DNA of 64,000 nt from Patescibacteria group bacterium UBA6017 (GTDB taxonomy: Bacteria; Patescibacteriota; Saccharimonadia; UBA4664): positions 325,488-389,487 of the forward strand of contig DIZX01000015.1 of the NCBI GenBank assembly GCA_002429485.1, in the 5' to 3' direction. Shown here one piece after another: positions 9,195-20,342 of this stretch; the stretch's first letter is position 1; each line of letters starts with the position of its first letter. Under the pieces are notes generated by a model, which saw only the letters and a list, made by a program, of their open reading frames with translations, did not search any database and had not been told where the DNA came from. A program made the translations under genes and the position numbers.

Positions 9195-10013
9195 ATGATT
9201 CTGCTCAAAAGATCCGGCTTGGCGATGGCGGCGATGCTAGCCCTGTTTGCTGCTGCACCGGCATTAGCCAGCCTGTCGCAAGGCTTTGCTACCAGCTCTC
9301 CCGTTGCTACGGGCAGTTTGGTGGCGCTCGACCAAAAATCTAGCGGCAGCGTGGCTGTTGCCGACCTCAATAATGCCGCCCGGCTCTTCGGTGTCGTCGT
9401 ACCGCCGTCATCTGCTTCGATATCGCTTTCGGGTACCGGTACCGGCCAGGTGCAGGTAGTAACCACCGGCAGCGCTCAGGTGCTCGTTTCCACCGCCGGC
9501 GGCGACATTCACGTGGGTGACTATATTTCGGTTTCTTCAGTTGCCGGAGTCGGCCAGAAGGTCGGGGCTTCGAGTACTCGCGTGGTCGGCACTGCACAGG
9601 CAGATTTCAACGGGTCGGGCGATGGCGCCACCAAGCGCACTATCGATGACGGCACGACCAAAAAAGAAGTCTCCATCGGTGAGATTCCGGTCGTGATATC
9701 GGTGTCTAGCTACACCGCTACCGACGGCCTGCAGTCGTACGTGGTGCCCAACTGGTTGCAGAATATGTCCAACACCCTCGCGGGTAAGGCCGTAGCGCCT
9801 ATCAGGATCATTGTGGCCGGACTTATTCTGGTCGTGGCCATGATAAGCATTTCAGTACTGCTCTACTCCGCTGTGCGCAATGGCATCATCTCAATCGGGC
9901 GCAATCCTCTGTCCAAAAACGGCGTTCTTCAGGGCGTGCTTACTGTCGGCGGGGTGGCCCTTGGTATCCTCGCCATTACTGCCGTAGCCATGTACTTGGT
10001 GATATCGAAATGA
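9195..10013 (+). CDS. secreted Gly/Ser/Thr/Val-rich protein with a C-terminal 2-TM hairpin resembling an F-ATPase c-subunit but lacking the carboxylate; first gene of the atp operon
   Basis: Signal peptide. C-terminal TM1, loop SIGRNP (compare ARQP), TM2 VLQGVLTVGGVALGILAITAVA (compare c-subunit [20 protein letters not shown]) with no D/E. Its stop overlaps the atpF ATG (ATGA). Confidence 0.55.
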   Translation: MILLKRSGLAMAAMLALFAAAPALASLSQGFATSSPVATGSLVALDQKSSGSVAVADLNNAARLFGVVVPPSSASISLSGTGTGQVQVVTTGSAQVLVSTAGGDIHVGDYISVSSVAGVGQKVGASSTRVVGTAQADFNGSGDGATKRTIDDGTTKKEVSIGEIPVVISVSSYTATDGLQSYVVPNWLQNMSNTLAGKAVAPIRIIVAGLILVVAMISISVLLYSAVRNGIISIGRNPLSKNGVLQGVLTVGGVALGILAITAVAMYLVISK

Positions 10014-10606
10014 ACCTGCAAGTACTCATGTTATCGGGTATTGTCGTAATGCTTCTGCTCGTGGTGGTGGTGCAGAGTTTTCAGCTGCGGCGCGGCGCCA
10101 AACAGCGAATCCAGGCATCGGCTGCACCCACTCCGGTGCGCGTCTCCGAGCCCACCGCCGTCGAGCTCGAGTCTAAGCTCAAGGCCGCCTATGAAGCCAA
10201 AATCGGCGAAGCCACCGTCACCTTCGGCACCGATCTCCAAGCCACCTCAACACGTTTGAGCGAGCAAGTGTCGCGCCTCACCACTACCGTTATCGAGGAG
10301 GAGCTGGAAGCCTACCAGAAGACCCTCGAAGAGGTTCGCCACGTCGCCATTCAGGCTATGGAGCAAATCCACCAGGCCGTTGAGCACCAGCGTGTCGAGC
10401 TGCGCGACGGCATGGAGGTAGAGCTGGCCGCCGAAAAGAAATTATTGGCCGACAAGTTCGACGCCAAGATGGGCGACGTTGTCTCTAGCTATATCTCGGA
10501 GTCACTCGGAAGCGGGGTCGATTTGGGCGCCCAGATGCAATTCATTCTCACCAGTCTCGAGGCCCACAAAGAAGAAATCCGAAAGGACCTTCTCAATGGC
10601 GTCTAA
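10010..10606 (+). CDS. atpF: F0F1 ATP synthase subunit b (peripheral stalk)
   Basis: N-terminal TM helix followed by a long charged coiled-coil. Sits immediately upstream of atpH-atpA. Confidence 0.65.
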   Translation: MNLQVLMLSGIVVMLLLVVVVQSFQLRRGAKQRIQASAAPTPVRVSEPTAVELESKLKAAYEAKIGEATVTFGTDLQATSTRLSEQVSRLTTTVIEEELEAYQKTLEEVRHVAIQAMEQIHQAVEHQRVELRDGMEVELAAEKKLLADKFDAKMGDVVSSYISESLGSGVDLGAQMQFILTSLEAHKEEIRKDLLNGV

Positions 10607-11081
10607 AGCTTTTCAGCTACCCCCGGCCGTCTATAGCCCCGCACTCGTCGAGTCGGTTATCTATGATATCCAGTTCTATCTGGATTGGGTCCGTCAAAAC
10701 CAAATTCGCAAAACCGTCGGCGCCAAAGTCAAAGAGGAGCCAACTCACTCTGCCGAAACGGTTATTGTGATCCAGACCTGGCTAGCCGGTAAACCTGCCA
10801 GCGTTGAATCGCTCGAGGCGCTTCTGCTTACCTTGCGCGGGCTCAAGCTTCCCGAGGTACACATCATGCTGGCCGCTCTGCCAAATCAGACCCAGCGCGA
10901 AGTGCTGGTGAACTGGTTTCGGACCAATGTCTCGCCTTCACTCCTGCTATCATTCGTGGCCGACCGCAACCTGGGCGGCGGGCTGGTAGTGCGGACGCCG
11001 AACCGAGTTTTTGACTACACCTGGAAGCAGCAGCTGATCGCCGGGCGAACCAAATTGGCGGAGATCTTAAAACGTGTTTGA
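10596..11081 (+). CDS. atpH: F0F1 ATP synthase subunit delta (OSCP)
   Basis: C-terminal delta signature ...DRNLGGGLVVRTPNRVFDYT (compare GGLIVRVGDKVIDGS). ATG 10596 is in frame with track ORF 10479. Confidence 0.75.
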   Translation: MASKAFQLPPAVYSPALVESVIYDIQFYLDWVRQNQIRKTVGAKVKEEPTHSAETVIVIQTWLAGKPASVESLEALLLTLRGLKLPEVHIMLAALPNQTQREVLVNWFRTNVSPSLLLSFVADRNLGGGLVVRTPNRVFDYTWKQQLIAGRTKLAEILKRV

Positions 11082-12566
11082 TAACCCAAAATTCGCCAAA
11101 CTCGTCGCCGACGGCCGAGCTACCGGTGAGGTAGTCGGAGTTGATCGCTTTCTGGTGACCGTTCAGGGTCTCGGAAATGTGGCGGTGAACGCCCTCATCT
11201 ACTTCGACAACGGCCATCAGGGCCTTGTGCGCGAGGTTCGGTCCGAAACCGTAATGATATTGAATATGAGCGCCGAAACTATCGGCATCGGCACTCTGGC
11301 GGTGATAGAGGCCGAAGAATTGGTCACCGGAGTGGGGGAGGCGGTATTGGGGCGCGTGCTCTCGGTCACCGGACAGCCGCTCGACGGCAAGGGCCCAATC
11401 ACTTTCAGCCGTTACGATCCCGTGTTTAAGGTGGCGCCCGGCATTATCGAGCGCAAGCAGCTCACCGATCCGCTTCCTACCGGCGTCGGCATCGCCGATC
11501 AGCTCTTTCCGCTAGTGAAGGGTCAGCGTATTGCCGTGCTCGGCGACAATAAGACGGGTAAATCGGCCTTCACCATGCAGCTCACGCTGGCTCAGGCTGG
11601 GACCGGCCGGTTTGTGGTCCACGTTCTCATCGCCAAACGCAAATCCGATGTCGACCGCCTTATTGCTAAACTCAATGAAACCGGCGCCATCAAATACTGC
11701 GTGGTAATCGTGGCTTCGGTCTTTGATTCGCTGACGCAGTCTTATCTGGCTCCTTACATCGGCGCCAGTATTGCGGAGTATCTTTGGCACGGCGGCCAGG
11801 ACGGGATTATTGTTTACGACGACCTCTCGAACCACGCCAAAGTCTATCGCGAATTATCTCTCCTGCTCAAAGTCAGTCCGGGCCGCGCTTCCTATCCGGG
11901 CGATATGTTTTACGCTCACTCGTCGCTCCTCGAGCGGGCCGGGCGCCTGGCCAAAAACGGCGCCAGCCTAGCCTCCATTCCGGTCGTTCTTACACCCAAT
12001 AACGACATTACCGCCCCTCTGCCTACCTCCATCATGTCCATTACCGACGGCCAGCTTATTTTCGACACCGAGGCATTTCGTGCCGGTATTCGTCCGGCGG
12101 TGTCGGTTGGTTTGTCGGTGTCTCGCGTTGGTGGTGTTGGCCAAACCAAGCGTCAAAAGAAGCTCACCGCTTCACTGTTCAAAAAGCTTGCCGCCTACCG
12201 CCAAGCGGCCGAATTTTCTCACTTCGGTTCTGAGCTTGCAGTTGAGAGTCGCGCCGATCTCGAGCTCGGCAAGAAAATCTACGAAGCCCTTAAGCAGCCG
12301 CCGGACGTTATCATGACCAGCAATGAGCAGGACCTCATCCTCGGCACCGTCATGAAGACCGAGGGCAAAATCAGTATCAATATCGACAGTCTCAAACGAA
12401 AATCCAAGGAGTTGGGGCCCACCATGACCCCTGATAGCGACTGGGAGGGGATTGTTGCCAAGCTACTGGCCGAGGTCACGGTACAGGCCGCCGCGCCGCC
12501 TCCCGCTGTAGTGCAGAGTGCTCCCACTCCGCCCGCACCAGCAGCGGCTCCCGCAGAGGCAGTAAA

Positions 12567-12570
<4 letters not shown>
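11074..12570 (+). CDS. atpA: F0F1 ATP synthase subunit alpha (divergent, Pro/Ala-rich C-terminal tail)
   Basis: P-loop GDNKTGKS (canonical GDRQTGKT). Block VYDDLSNHAKVYRELSLLLKVSPGRASYPGDMFYAHSSLLERA matches the alpha consensus. Confidence 0.9.
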
Positions 12571-14754
<2,184 letters not shown>

Positions 14755-14755
<1 letters not shown>

Positions 14756-15012
14756 TGGATAAGAACCAAAAACGCTTCAAAGTTAGGATCTTCAGCCCTT
14801 ACCAGACGTATTATCAGGGCGAAGCCGTCTCGGTGAGCGCCGCCAACCGCACCGGCCCATTCGATATTCTTCCCGGCCACATCAACTTTTTCTCGCTACT
14901 CACCGGCGGTACCGTCGTCGTAAACACCGGTTTTCAGCAGCTCGAATTTCAAATCGGCCGCGGCGTTGTGCGCGTCAACCGTGACGACGTCACGCTGTTT
15001 GCCGACGTTTAA
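14755..15012 (+). CDS. atpC: F0F1 ATP synthase subunit epsilon (N-terminal beta-sandwich only; C-terminal helical hairpin absent)
   Basis: DILPGHINFFSLLTGGTVVV matches the epsilon PGHAPL...L.PG block. Only 85 aa. Confidence 0.7.
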
Positions 15013-15146
15013 GTCGGATCCTTCACGGCAGTAACCACCCATTCTAGCATTAGAACTTTCAACTTACTGTGATCTCGATACCCAGGATATTTTGGCTCAA
15101 AGAACAGATTTTACCCTCAGAATGGCTTACACTTCACATAATACCG

Positions 15147-15176
15147 TTGACAACAGATACAGCATAAGCATAATAT
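15147..15176 (+). promoter_or_regulatory. sigma70-like promoter (TTGACA-18-TAATAT) in an AT-rich spacer
   Basis: ccgTTGACAacagatacagcataagcaTAATATtact upstream of the small ORF at 15189. Confidence 0.5.
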
Positions 15177-15188
15177 TACTAATCAGGA

Positions 15189-15392
15189 ATGCATATGGCT
15201 TATTCCCAAATCAACACAAAGGGTCAGCAGTACTATCTGCACATGAAGGATGTCACCCTCAAGGGCGGTCGTCTTCAGCGGATTTACTTCTTTGCTCGAG
15301 ATGTTCGTGCGGACGCCGTCGACGCTATGCCTAGTGGCTATGTTTCGGTCGAAAATCCTCGCACCGGCTTGCTCGTTCTGAAGAAAGGCTAA
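15189..15392 (+). CDS. hypothetical small protein (about 65 aa) in an AT-rich island
   Basis: ORF MAYSQINTKGQQYYLHMKDVTLKGGRLQRIYFFARDV... with its own promoter. Function unknown. Confidence 0.4.
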   Translation: MHMAYSQINTKGQQYYLHMKDVTLKGGRLQRIYFFARDVRADAVDAMPSGYVSVENPRTGLLVLKKG

Positions 15393-15621
15393 TCTTACGC
15401 CCATTGGCGCACGGTTAGTCGACTTCTCGAAATAAATGACCTCCGCAAAACTTACACCAGTGGTTTCGAAAGCAACAATGGTGTAAGTTTTGCCGTTAAG
15501 GCAGGTCGACTCTTTGGGATCCTCGGACCTGACTTGATTGGTATGACTATCTGGGGCATCATTATGTTCAAGGTAGCCGTGTGGGTGTACCGCTGGGAAT
15601 AATAATCGTAGGAGTACTTTA

Positions 15622-16260
15622 GTGTCGAAAGAAGCCAAAATTCTGAGTGCCATCCTGGTAGCCGTAGTCGGCGGCATGGTCGCTTTGTTCATGATTGCCA
15701 ATAAGAGTACTGATACGCCCGCTCCCGTCGGCGACAAAACCAAGATTATCCGTGACGTCAGCCACAAGACCGGTACCGGCACCGTCCAGGTCGTCGAGTT
15801 TGGCGACTTCCAGTGTCCCGCTTGCGGCGCAACCGAGCCCGCCGTCGAGCAGCTCCTCAAGGACTATGGCGGCAAAGTTACGGTCTACTTCCGCAACTTC
15901 CCGCTCCCTCAACACCAGAATGCTCAAATTAGCGCCCAGGCTGCCGAAGCCGCCGGGGATCAGGGCAAATATTGGGAAATGCACAATAAACTGTATGCCA
16001 CTCAAAAAGATTGGGAAAAAACTGCTGACCCCACCGGTACTTACGTTGGCTACGCTAAGGAGCTGGGTCTCGACACCGATAAGTTCAAGACCGCCCTCAC
16101 CGACAAGAAATTCCAGTCTGTTATCGACCAGGACACCGCCGATGCTACCGCTCTAAACGTCAACGCCACGCCCACGTTCTACTTCAACGGCGAGAAGTAC
16201 GCCGGCGGTTCTAGCTACGCCGAGCTCAGTGCCAAAGTTGAGTCTTTGCTCAAAAAGTAG
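15622..16260 (+). CDS. DsbA-family thiol:disulfide oxidoreductase, membrane-anchored
   Basis: N-terminal TM; thioredoxin-fold CxxC (FQCPACG); DsbA-like length. GTG start. Confidence 0.8.
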   Translation: MSKEAKILSAILVAVVGGMVALFMIANKSTDTPAPVGDKTKIIRDVSHKTGTGTVQVVEFGDFQCPACGATEPAVEQLLKDYGGKVTVYFRNFPLPQHQNAQISAQAAEAAGDQGKYWEMHNKLYATQKDWEKTADPTGTYVGYAKELGLDTDKFKTALTDKKFQSVIDQDTADATALNVNATPTFYFNGEKYAGGSSYAELSAKVESLLKK

Positions 16261-16981
16261 CGCGAGTTACCAAGAAAATTAGTAGCGCCCCGGCGAACGT
16301 CAGTACCATCGTCACGCGCGACGGGTGCTTGGCGTGCGCCTGGGGAAGAATATCCGATGCCCCGATGTAGAGTAGGAACCCTGCAAAGAAGCCCAAATAC
16401 ACCAATAGCTGTTCGCTCGACAGATGGAAGAATAGGGTAGAGGCCACTCCCAGCACCGGCGCAATCGCATCGAGCGCCAGCAGTAGTAGCGCCCGTTTCG
16501 GAGTGTTGCGATGCGATAGCATGAGCGTGACGGTATTGAGTCCGTCCGCAAAATCGTGCGAAATGACTGCCAGCGCCACGGCTACACCTACGGCCGGATT
16601 CACCTGGAAGGCCAGCCCGATACCAACCCCGTCAAAAAATGAATGCGCCGCCAGCGCCAACGCCGATACCAGCCCTACGTTCGGATGGCGATGGCCAGGT
16701 ACATATTCATCCTCGTGCACGCTGTGAATCACTGTCAGTTTTTCGACAACATGGAATATCAGAAAACCCGCTACCAGAGCCACCATCGGTACGACCGAGT
16801 CGATGCCGGTTGACTGAATTAGCTTAAATATTTCCGGCAATAAATCAAACGCCACCACCCCCAGTAGAACACCGGCAGTAAACCCCAGTATCCAATGCAG
16901 TCGGTCGCGGTTACGCAGCGCAAAAAGGCCACCGAGCATGGTGGAGATAAAAGTCAGAGCAGCGAAGAGTACTACGTACAT
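16250..16981 (-). CDS. zupT: ZIP-family zinc/metal transporter ZupT
   Basis: ZIP motifs HSFFDGVGIGLAF and HDFADGL. Start chosen at MYVVLFAALTFIS; the track extends to 17032 across the operator region. Confidence 0.85.
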   Translation of the reverse strand: MYVVLFAALTFISTMLGGLFALRNRDRLHWILGFTAGVLLGVVAFDLLPEIFKLIQSTGIDSVVPMVALVAGFLIFHVVEKLTVIHSVHEDEYVPGHRHPNVGLVSALALAAHSFFDGVGIGLAFQVNPAVGVAVALAVISHDFADGLNTVTLMLSHRNTPKRALLLLALDAIAPVLGVASTLFFHLSSEQLLVYLGFFAGFLLYIGASDILPQAHAKHPSRVTMVLTFAGALLIFLVTRATF

Positions 16982-17018
16982 AAATTCATTCCTTATTGCA
17001 GGGAGTATCGGCCGTTTC

Positions 17019-17070
17019 GATAAAAATTGCAAATTTTTTGCAAAAATACGCTATAATACCAAAAACGGAC
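17019..17070. promoter_or_regulatory. candidate Zur operator plus -10 in the zur/zupT divergent intergenic region
   Basis: AT-rich near-palindrome aaaattgcaaattttttgcaaaaat (two TTGCAAA elements around a TTGCAA palindromic core), followed by TATAAT. Confidence 0.4.
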
Positions 17071-17077
17071 ATAAATT

Positions 17078-17485
17078 ATGGTATCTATCGAAAAACTGCA
17101 CACTCATTTGGCCGGAGCTGGCCATAGCCGCACCGCGGTGCGGAATCAGGTGTATCTCGCCCTAGATTCCATCGGACCTTGCACCAAGCACGACCTCGCA
17201 GTTCATCTCTCCGGTGCTATCGATCAGTCATCCGTTTATCGTACGGTCAACTTATTTGTTGAAATTGGCGTTGCCGACATGATTCGGTTCCATCTCATCG
17301 AGCTCAGCGACCGGTTCAAGCAGCATCATCATCACTTCGTTTGTAATTCCTGCGGCCGCGAGGTTGGGTTCAACGACGAACGGCTCGAACAGCTTCTGGC
17401 GCAACTAGCCTCGGCTCGTAACCTTCAGCTCACCGACCATCAGGTTGAGCTGGCAGGGCTTTGTCAGGCTTGCTCTTCGTCCTGA
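17078..17485 (+). CDS. zur: Fur-family metalloregulator, probably Zur
   Basis: Winged-helix N-terminus; HHHHFVCNSCGRE...C...C metal-site motifs. Divergent from zupT. Confidence 0.85.
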   Translation: MVSIEKLHTHLAGAGHSRTAVRNQVYLALDSIGPCTKHDLAVHLSGAIDQSSVYRTVNLFVEIGVADMIRFHLIELSDRFKQHHHHFVCNSCGREVGFNDERLEQLLAQLASARNLQLTDHQVELAGLCQACSSS

Positions 17486-18138
17486 AGTTCAACCTCACCC
17501 GTTTCGCGAGCTACGTTCTGGGATGAAATTTCGTAAGTCAGTTTAGTGCCGGGCTCGGTGTGTAGGTGGACCAATTGGTTCACCAGCACGGCTCCATCGT
17601 TTGGCCCAAGATCGGAAAACTCCGCAACCAATTTGTGGGCCGTAATTTTGACCCGGCTTCGCGAAAAACTATTCAGGCTCGGCCAAGAGAATTTCGAGGT
17701 CTTACCCCGCCCGTCGAGCCGATCCGGCCGCTCCGGCGCCTTACGGTCCTCATCGATGCGCCCATCCTTCACCTGCAGCTCAATATTGACCCGTGAGTCA
17801 CCCATGTCGGTCGTGTTATGCACGACGAATTTTACCGGCAGCACTCCGTCATCCACAGCTCTTTGGTATTTTGTTAACTGCCGCTCGTAGCGCTCCAGAT
17901 CCTGAGCATACTTCCTCCAGGCATCGCGGTGATAAAAACCCAACGCAGGTAGCGACCAATCTCTGAACAGACTATTGTGGTGTTCGGCGATCTTGCGTTC
18001 GGCAAAGGCCACTTCGGCCTCCACAAACTTACGCTCGGCTTCGTACTTGGGTTCGCTGAGCTTCAGCATCACCCAGTAGTGCGGCTTTTCGGCTGCCGGA
18101 TTATTTTTATGCATAACCATTATGCTTCTATCGTACAC
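17464..18138 (-). CDS. hypothetical protein (charged, about 220 aa, no recognised domain)
   Basis: Long ORF with protein-like composition. An alternative start MVMHKNNP lies 18 nt in. Confidence 0.45.
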   Translation of the reverse strand: MYDRSIMVMHKNNPAAEKPHYWVMLKLSEPKYEAERKFVEAEVAFAERKIAEHHNSLFRDWSLPALGFYHRDAWRKYAQDLERYERQLTKYQRAVDDGVLPVKFVVHNTTDMGDSRVNIELQVKDGRIDEDRKAPERPDRLDGRGKTSKFSWPSLNSFSRSRVKITAHKLVAEFSDLGPNDGAVLVNQLVHLHTEPGTKLTYEISSQNVARETGEVELQDEEQA

Positions 18139-18184
18139 TATCCAGGCCGTGGCGAGGGATGAAATGGGGGAGAAATAATTTCTT

Positions 18185-18260
18185 TGGTGGGCCCGGCAGG
18201 ATTTGAACCTGCGACCAAGCGGTTATGAGCCGCCTGCTCTAACCACTGAGCTACGGGCCC
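18185..18260 (-). tRNA. tRNA(CAU), probably tRNA-Ile2 (lysidine) given C4-G69/C5-G68 and near-identity to canonical Ile2
   Basis: Reverse complement gggcccgtagctcagtggttagagcaggcggctCATaaccgcttggtcgcaggttcaaatcctgccgggcccacca: cloverleaf with CAU anticodon. Confidence 0.8.
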
Positions 18261-18306
18261 GTATCCGGAATGCGGAATAGAGCTAGTATATATTATACTT
18301 AGTCCA

Positions 18307-18690
18307 ATGAAACTTCCAAAAATAAACCTCAACGCCAATAGTGCGCTCAATTTTGTTGGCGCGGTCATAATATTCTATCTGGTGGCCGTCCTGGGCCAGA
18401 CCGTAAAACACAATTATGACCTCGGCCGGCAGATCGATGATTTGAGGACTCAAATCATCGATCTGCAGGGTCAGAAAGAGCAGCTCGTCTACAGCATTGC
18501 ATATTACAATACCGACGCTTTTCGCGACCGCGAAGCTCGGGCCAGGCTTGGATTACAGCTCCCGGGTGAAAACGTGGTCATCATTCCCCACGCCAGCCCC
18601 GCTCCGAGTGCATCGACGCAGAGCAGTAAAACCTCCGTCAAGCACTCGAACCCTCAGCAGTGGTTTGATTTCCTAACCGGCCGAATCTAG
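18307..18690 (+). CDS. FtsB/DivIC-like septum formation initiator (TM + coiled coil)
   Basis: N-terminal TM followed by a heptad-like coiled coil (LGRQIDDLRTQIIDLQGQKEQL). Confidence 0.5.
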   Translation: MKLPKINLNANSALNFVGAVIIFYLVAVLGQTVKHNYDLGRQIDDLRTQIIDLQGQKEQLVYSIAYYNTDAFRDREARARLGLQLPGENVVIIPHASPAPSASTQSSKTSVKHSNPQQWFDFLTGRI

Positions 18691-19826
18691 CTCAGCGCTC
18701 GTGCGCGATTAGCCGCAATAACCATGCCGCCGATTGCCCAGATTGCCGTCGACAGGCCGAAAAATCCGCCAATCAAGGGCAGCCACGCCGCTAGCGCGAC
18801 TATCGGCACTCCAGCCAGGGCGGCGAGCGCCAGTCCGCGGCGATCATCATCCACTTGCTGCAGAATTAACCTGCCCACCGTCACTCCCGCAAACCCGGCC
18901 GAGGTCACCAGCGCCAGCACCCACAATGTACCAAGCACCAATGCTATCGGCAGGCCCACCACGGTTATCGCCAGAAATACCAAAACCATCGGGCCGGCGA
19001 TTACCGTCAGCGCTCCCCAGCCGATGCTAGCCGACCAGCGCGTGCGCATTGTGCCCGCCACACTGCCTATCAGCCTCGGCGCCAACCATATTGCCACCAG
19101 TACGCCCAGTAAGGTCGCCACTATCGAGTACAGCAGCGTGCCTAGCCGGTCGGCTACGGTCGTGCTCCGAGTTGCCGCCCGGACTGGTGCGTGCCTAGCT
19201 ACTTGCCCCTGAATTTTCGACTTATCGAGAGCAAATGTATTGTCGCTAGTGTAGTCCAGATTGCCCGTCACGGCAGCACCGCCTCCGAGGGTCAGAGTCT
19301 GCGCCTCCGCCGTAACGCTCCCGCCAACCGTAGAGTTGATCGCCAGTGTTCCGGCACCAGCATACACCGCTTGCCCCACAGAGCCGTTTAGAGTGGCCGT
19401 CTGCGCCCCCACAGCCACATCTCCGCCAACCTTAGCGTTGCTCCCCAATACAAGGTTCTGCGCCCCCACAGTGACGTTACGAGCCACATTGCCGTTGATG
19501 CTCACGATCTGGCCTCCTGCCCGGACACTCCCGCCTACCGGGCCGTTCACGGTCAGCGTCTGTGCGCCGCACAGTACGTCGCCGCCGACAGAGCCGTTAA
19601 TTACCACCGACTGTCCGGCGCACACCACGTCGCCAGTAACATTGCCGTCGACCGTAATCGTTTGCCCGGCTACGTAGTAATTTCCGGTCCGGTTGTCGCC
19701 CTTCGCCAGGGTTACATCCGTCGCGGCGCTCTGTGTGGCTGCTAACGCCACGGCCGGAACCGCCAGAGCCATAATTAAACCTAATAGAATACCGATTCTT
19801 CTCATTGCAGCTCTCCTTTTCGTCAA
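18687..19826 (-). CDS. secreted beta-helix-repeat (bactofilin/DUF583-like) protein with a C-terminal polytopic membrane anchor
   Basis: Signal peptide; more than 10 tandem roughly 18-aa repeats GxVxGDV/VxINGxV; 4-5 C-terminal TM helices. Confidence 0.55.
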   Translation of the reverse strand: MTKRRAAMRRIGILLGLIMALAVPAVALAATQSAATDVTLAKGDNRTGNYYVAGQTITVDGNVTGDVVCAGQSVVINGSVGGDVLCGAQTLTVNGPVGGSVRAGGQIVSINGNVARNVTVGAQNLVLGSNAKVGGDVAVGAQTATLNGSVGQAVYAGAGTLAINSTVGGSVTAEAQTLTLGGGAAVTGNLDYTSDNTFALDKSKIQGQVARHAPVRAATRSTTVADRLGTLLYSIVATLLGVLVAIWLAPRLIGSVAGTMRTRWSASIGWGALTVIAGPMVLVFLAITVVGLPIALVLGTLWVLALVTSAGFAGVTVGRLILQQVDDDRRGLALAALAGVPIVALAAWLPLIGGFFGLSTAIWAIGGMVIAANRARALS

Positions 19827-19900
19827 CCTATTATACGCCCTTTTATAGCTTCCATCATTGACCGGTCCGCCTCAATCTGGTATGTTATACGCTGTTACAC

Positions 19901-19976
19901 CGCGGGGTGGAGCAGCTGGCAGCTCGTTGGGCTCATAACCCAAAGGTCGTAGGTTCGAATCCTACCCCCGCTACCA
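19901..19976 (+). tRNA. initiator tRNA-fMet (CAU)
   Basis: cgcggggtggagcagc...ttgggctCATaacccaa...: C1 mismatch, three consecutive G-C pairs in the anticodon stem; near-identical to the canonical bacterial initiator. Confidence 0.85.
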
Positions 19977-20084
19977 AGAACTAATCCAAAATTGAGACGA
20001 GCGCTCCAGTGTGGGCGCCGTTTTAATTTATAGGTAGTAATTCTTGCCTTTTCTACCTCAAACTCTTACAATTTGTACTCGTAT

Positions 20085-20159
20085 GGCTGCGTAGCTCAGT
20101 GGTAGAGCAGGAGACTCATAAGCTCTTGGTCGGTAGTTCGAATCTACCCGTAGCCACCA
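20085..20159 (+). tRNA. elongator tRNA-Met (CAU)
   Basis: ggctgcgtagctcagtggtagagcaggagactCATaagctcttggtcggtagttcgaatctacccgtagccacca. Assigned as elongator Met because it lacks the C4/C5 TilS determinants; assignment versus Ile2 is inferential. Confidence 0.75.
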
Positions 20160-20164
20160 ATGAA

Positions 20165-20191
20165 AACACCCGACTTTCGTCGGGTTTTTTC
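20165..20191 (+). terminator. intrinsic terminator after the tRNA cluster
   Basis: acccgac-tttc-gtcgggt followed by tttttt. Confidence 0.8.
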
Positions 20192-20207
20192 ATTGCTAGG
20201 TTATGAG

Positions 20208-20282
20208 CCGGGTAGATGAGAACAGGTTAGTTCGGCGCAGCGGAGCGGAGAAGGCGCAGCCGCTATCTACCCGTAGCCACCA
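20208..20282 (+). repeat. duplicated 3' end of tRNA-Met (18/18 nt atctacccgtagccacca) within a long hairpin
   Basis: 20265-20282 is identical to tRNA-Met 20142-20159. ccgggtagat (20208-17) pairs with atctacccg, enclosing a 48-nt insert. att-site-like footprint. Confidence 0.6.
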
Positions 20283-20295
20283 TGCATTTATTAAT

Positions 20296-20325
20296 AAAGC
20301 ACCCGCCAGCTGGCGGGTGCTTTAT
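20296..20325. terminator. hairpin terminator downstream of the minus-strand gene 20343-20762
   Basis: gcacccgcc-agct-ggcgggtgc with flanking A/T runs. Confidence 0.6.
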
Positions 20326-20342
20326 ATCTTCGCGCAAATATA

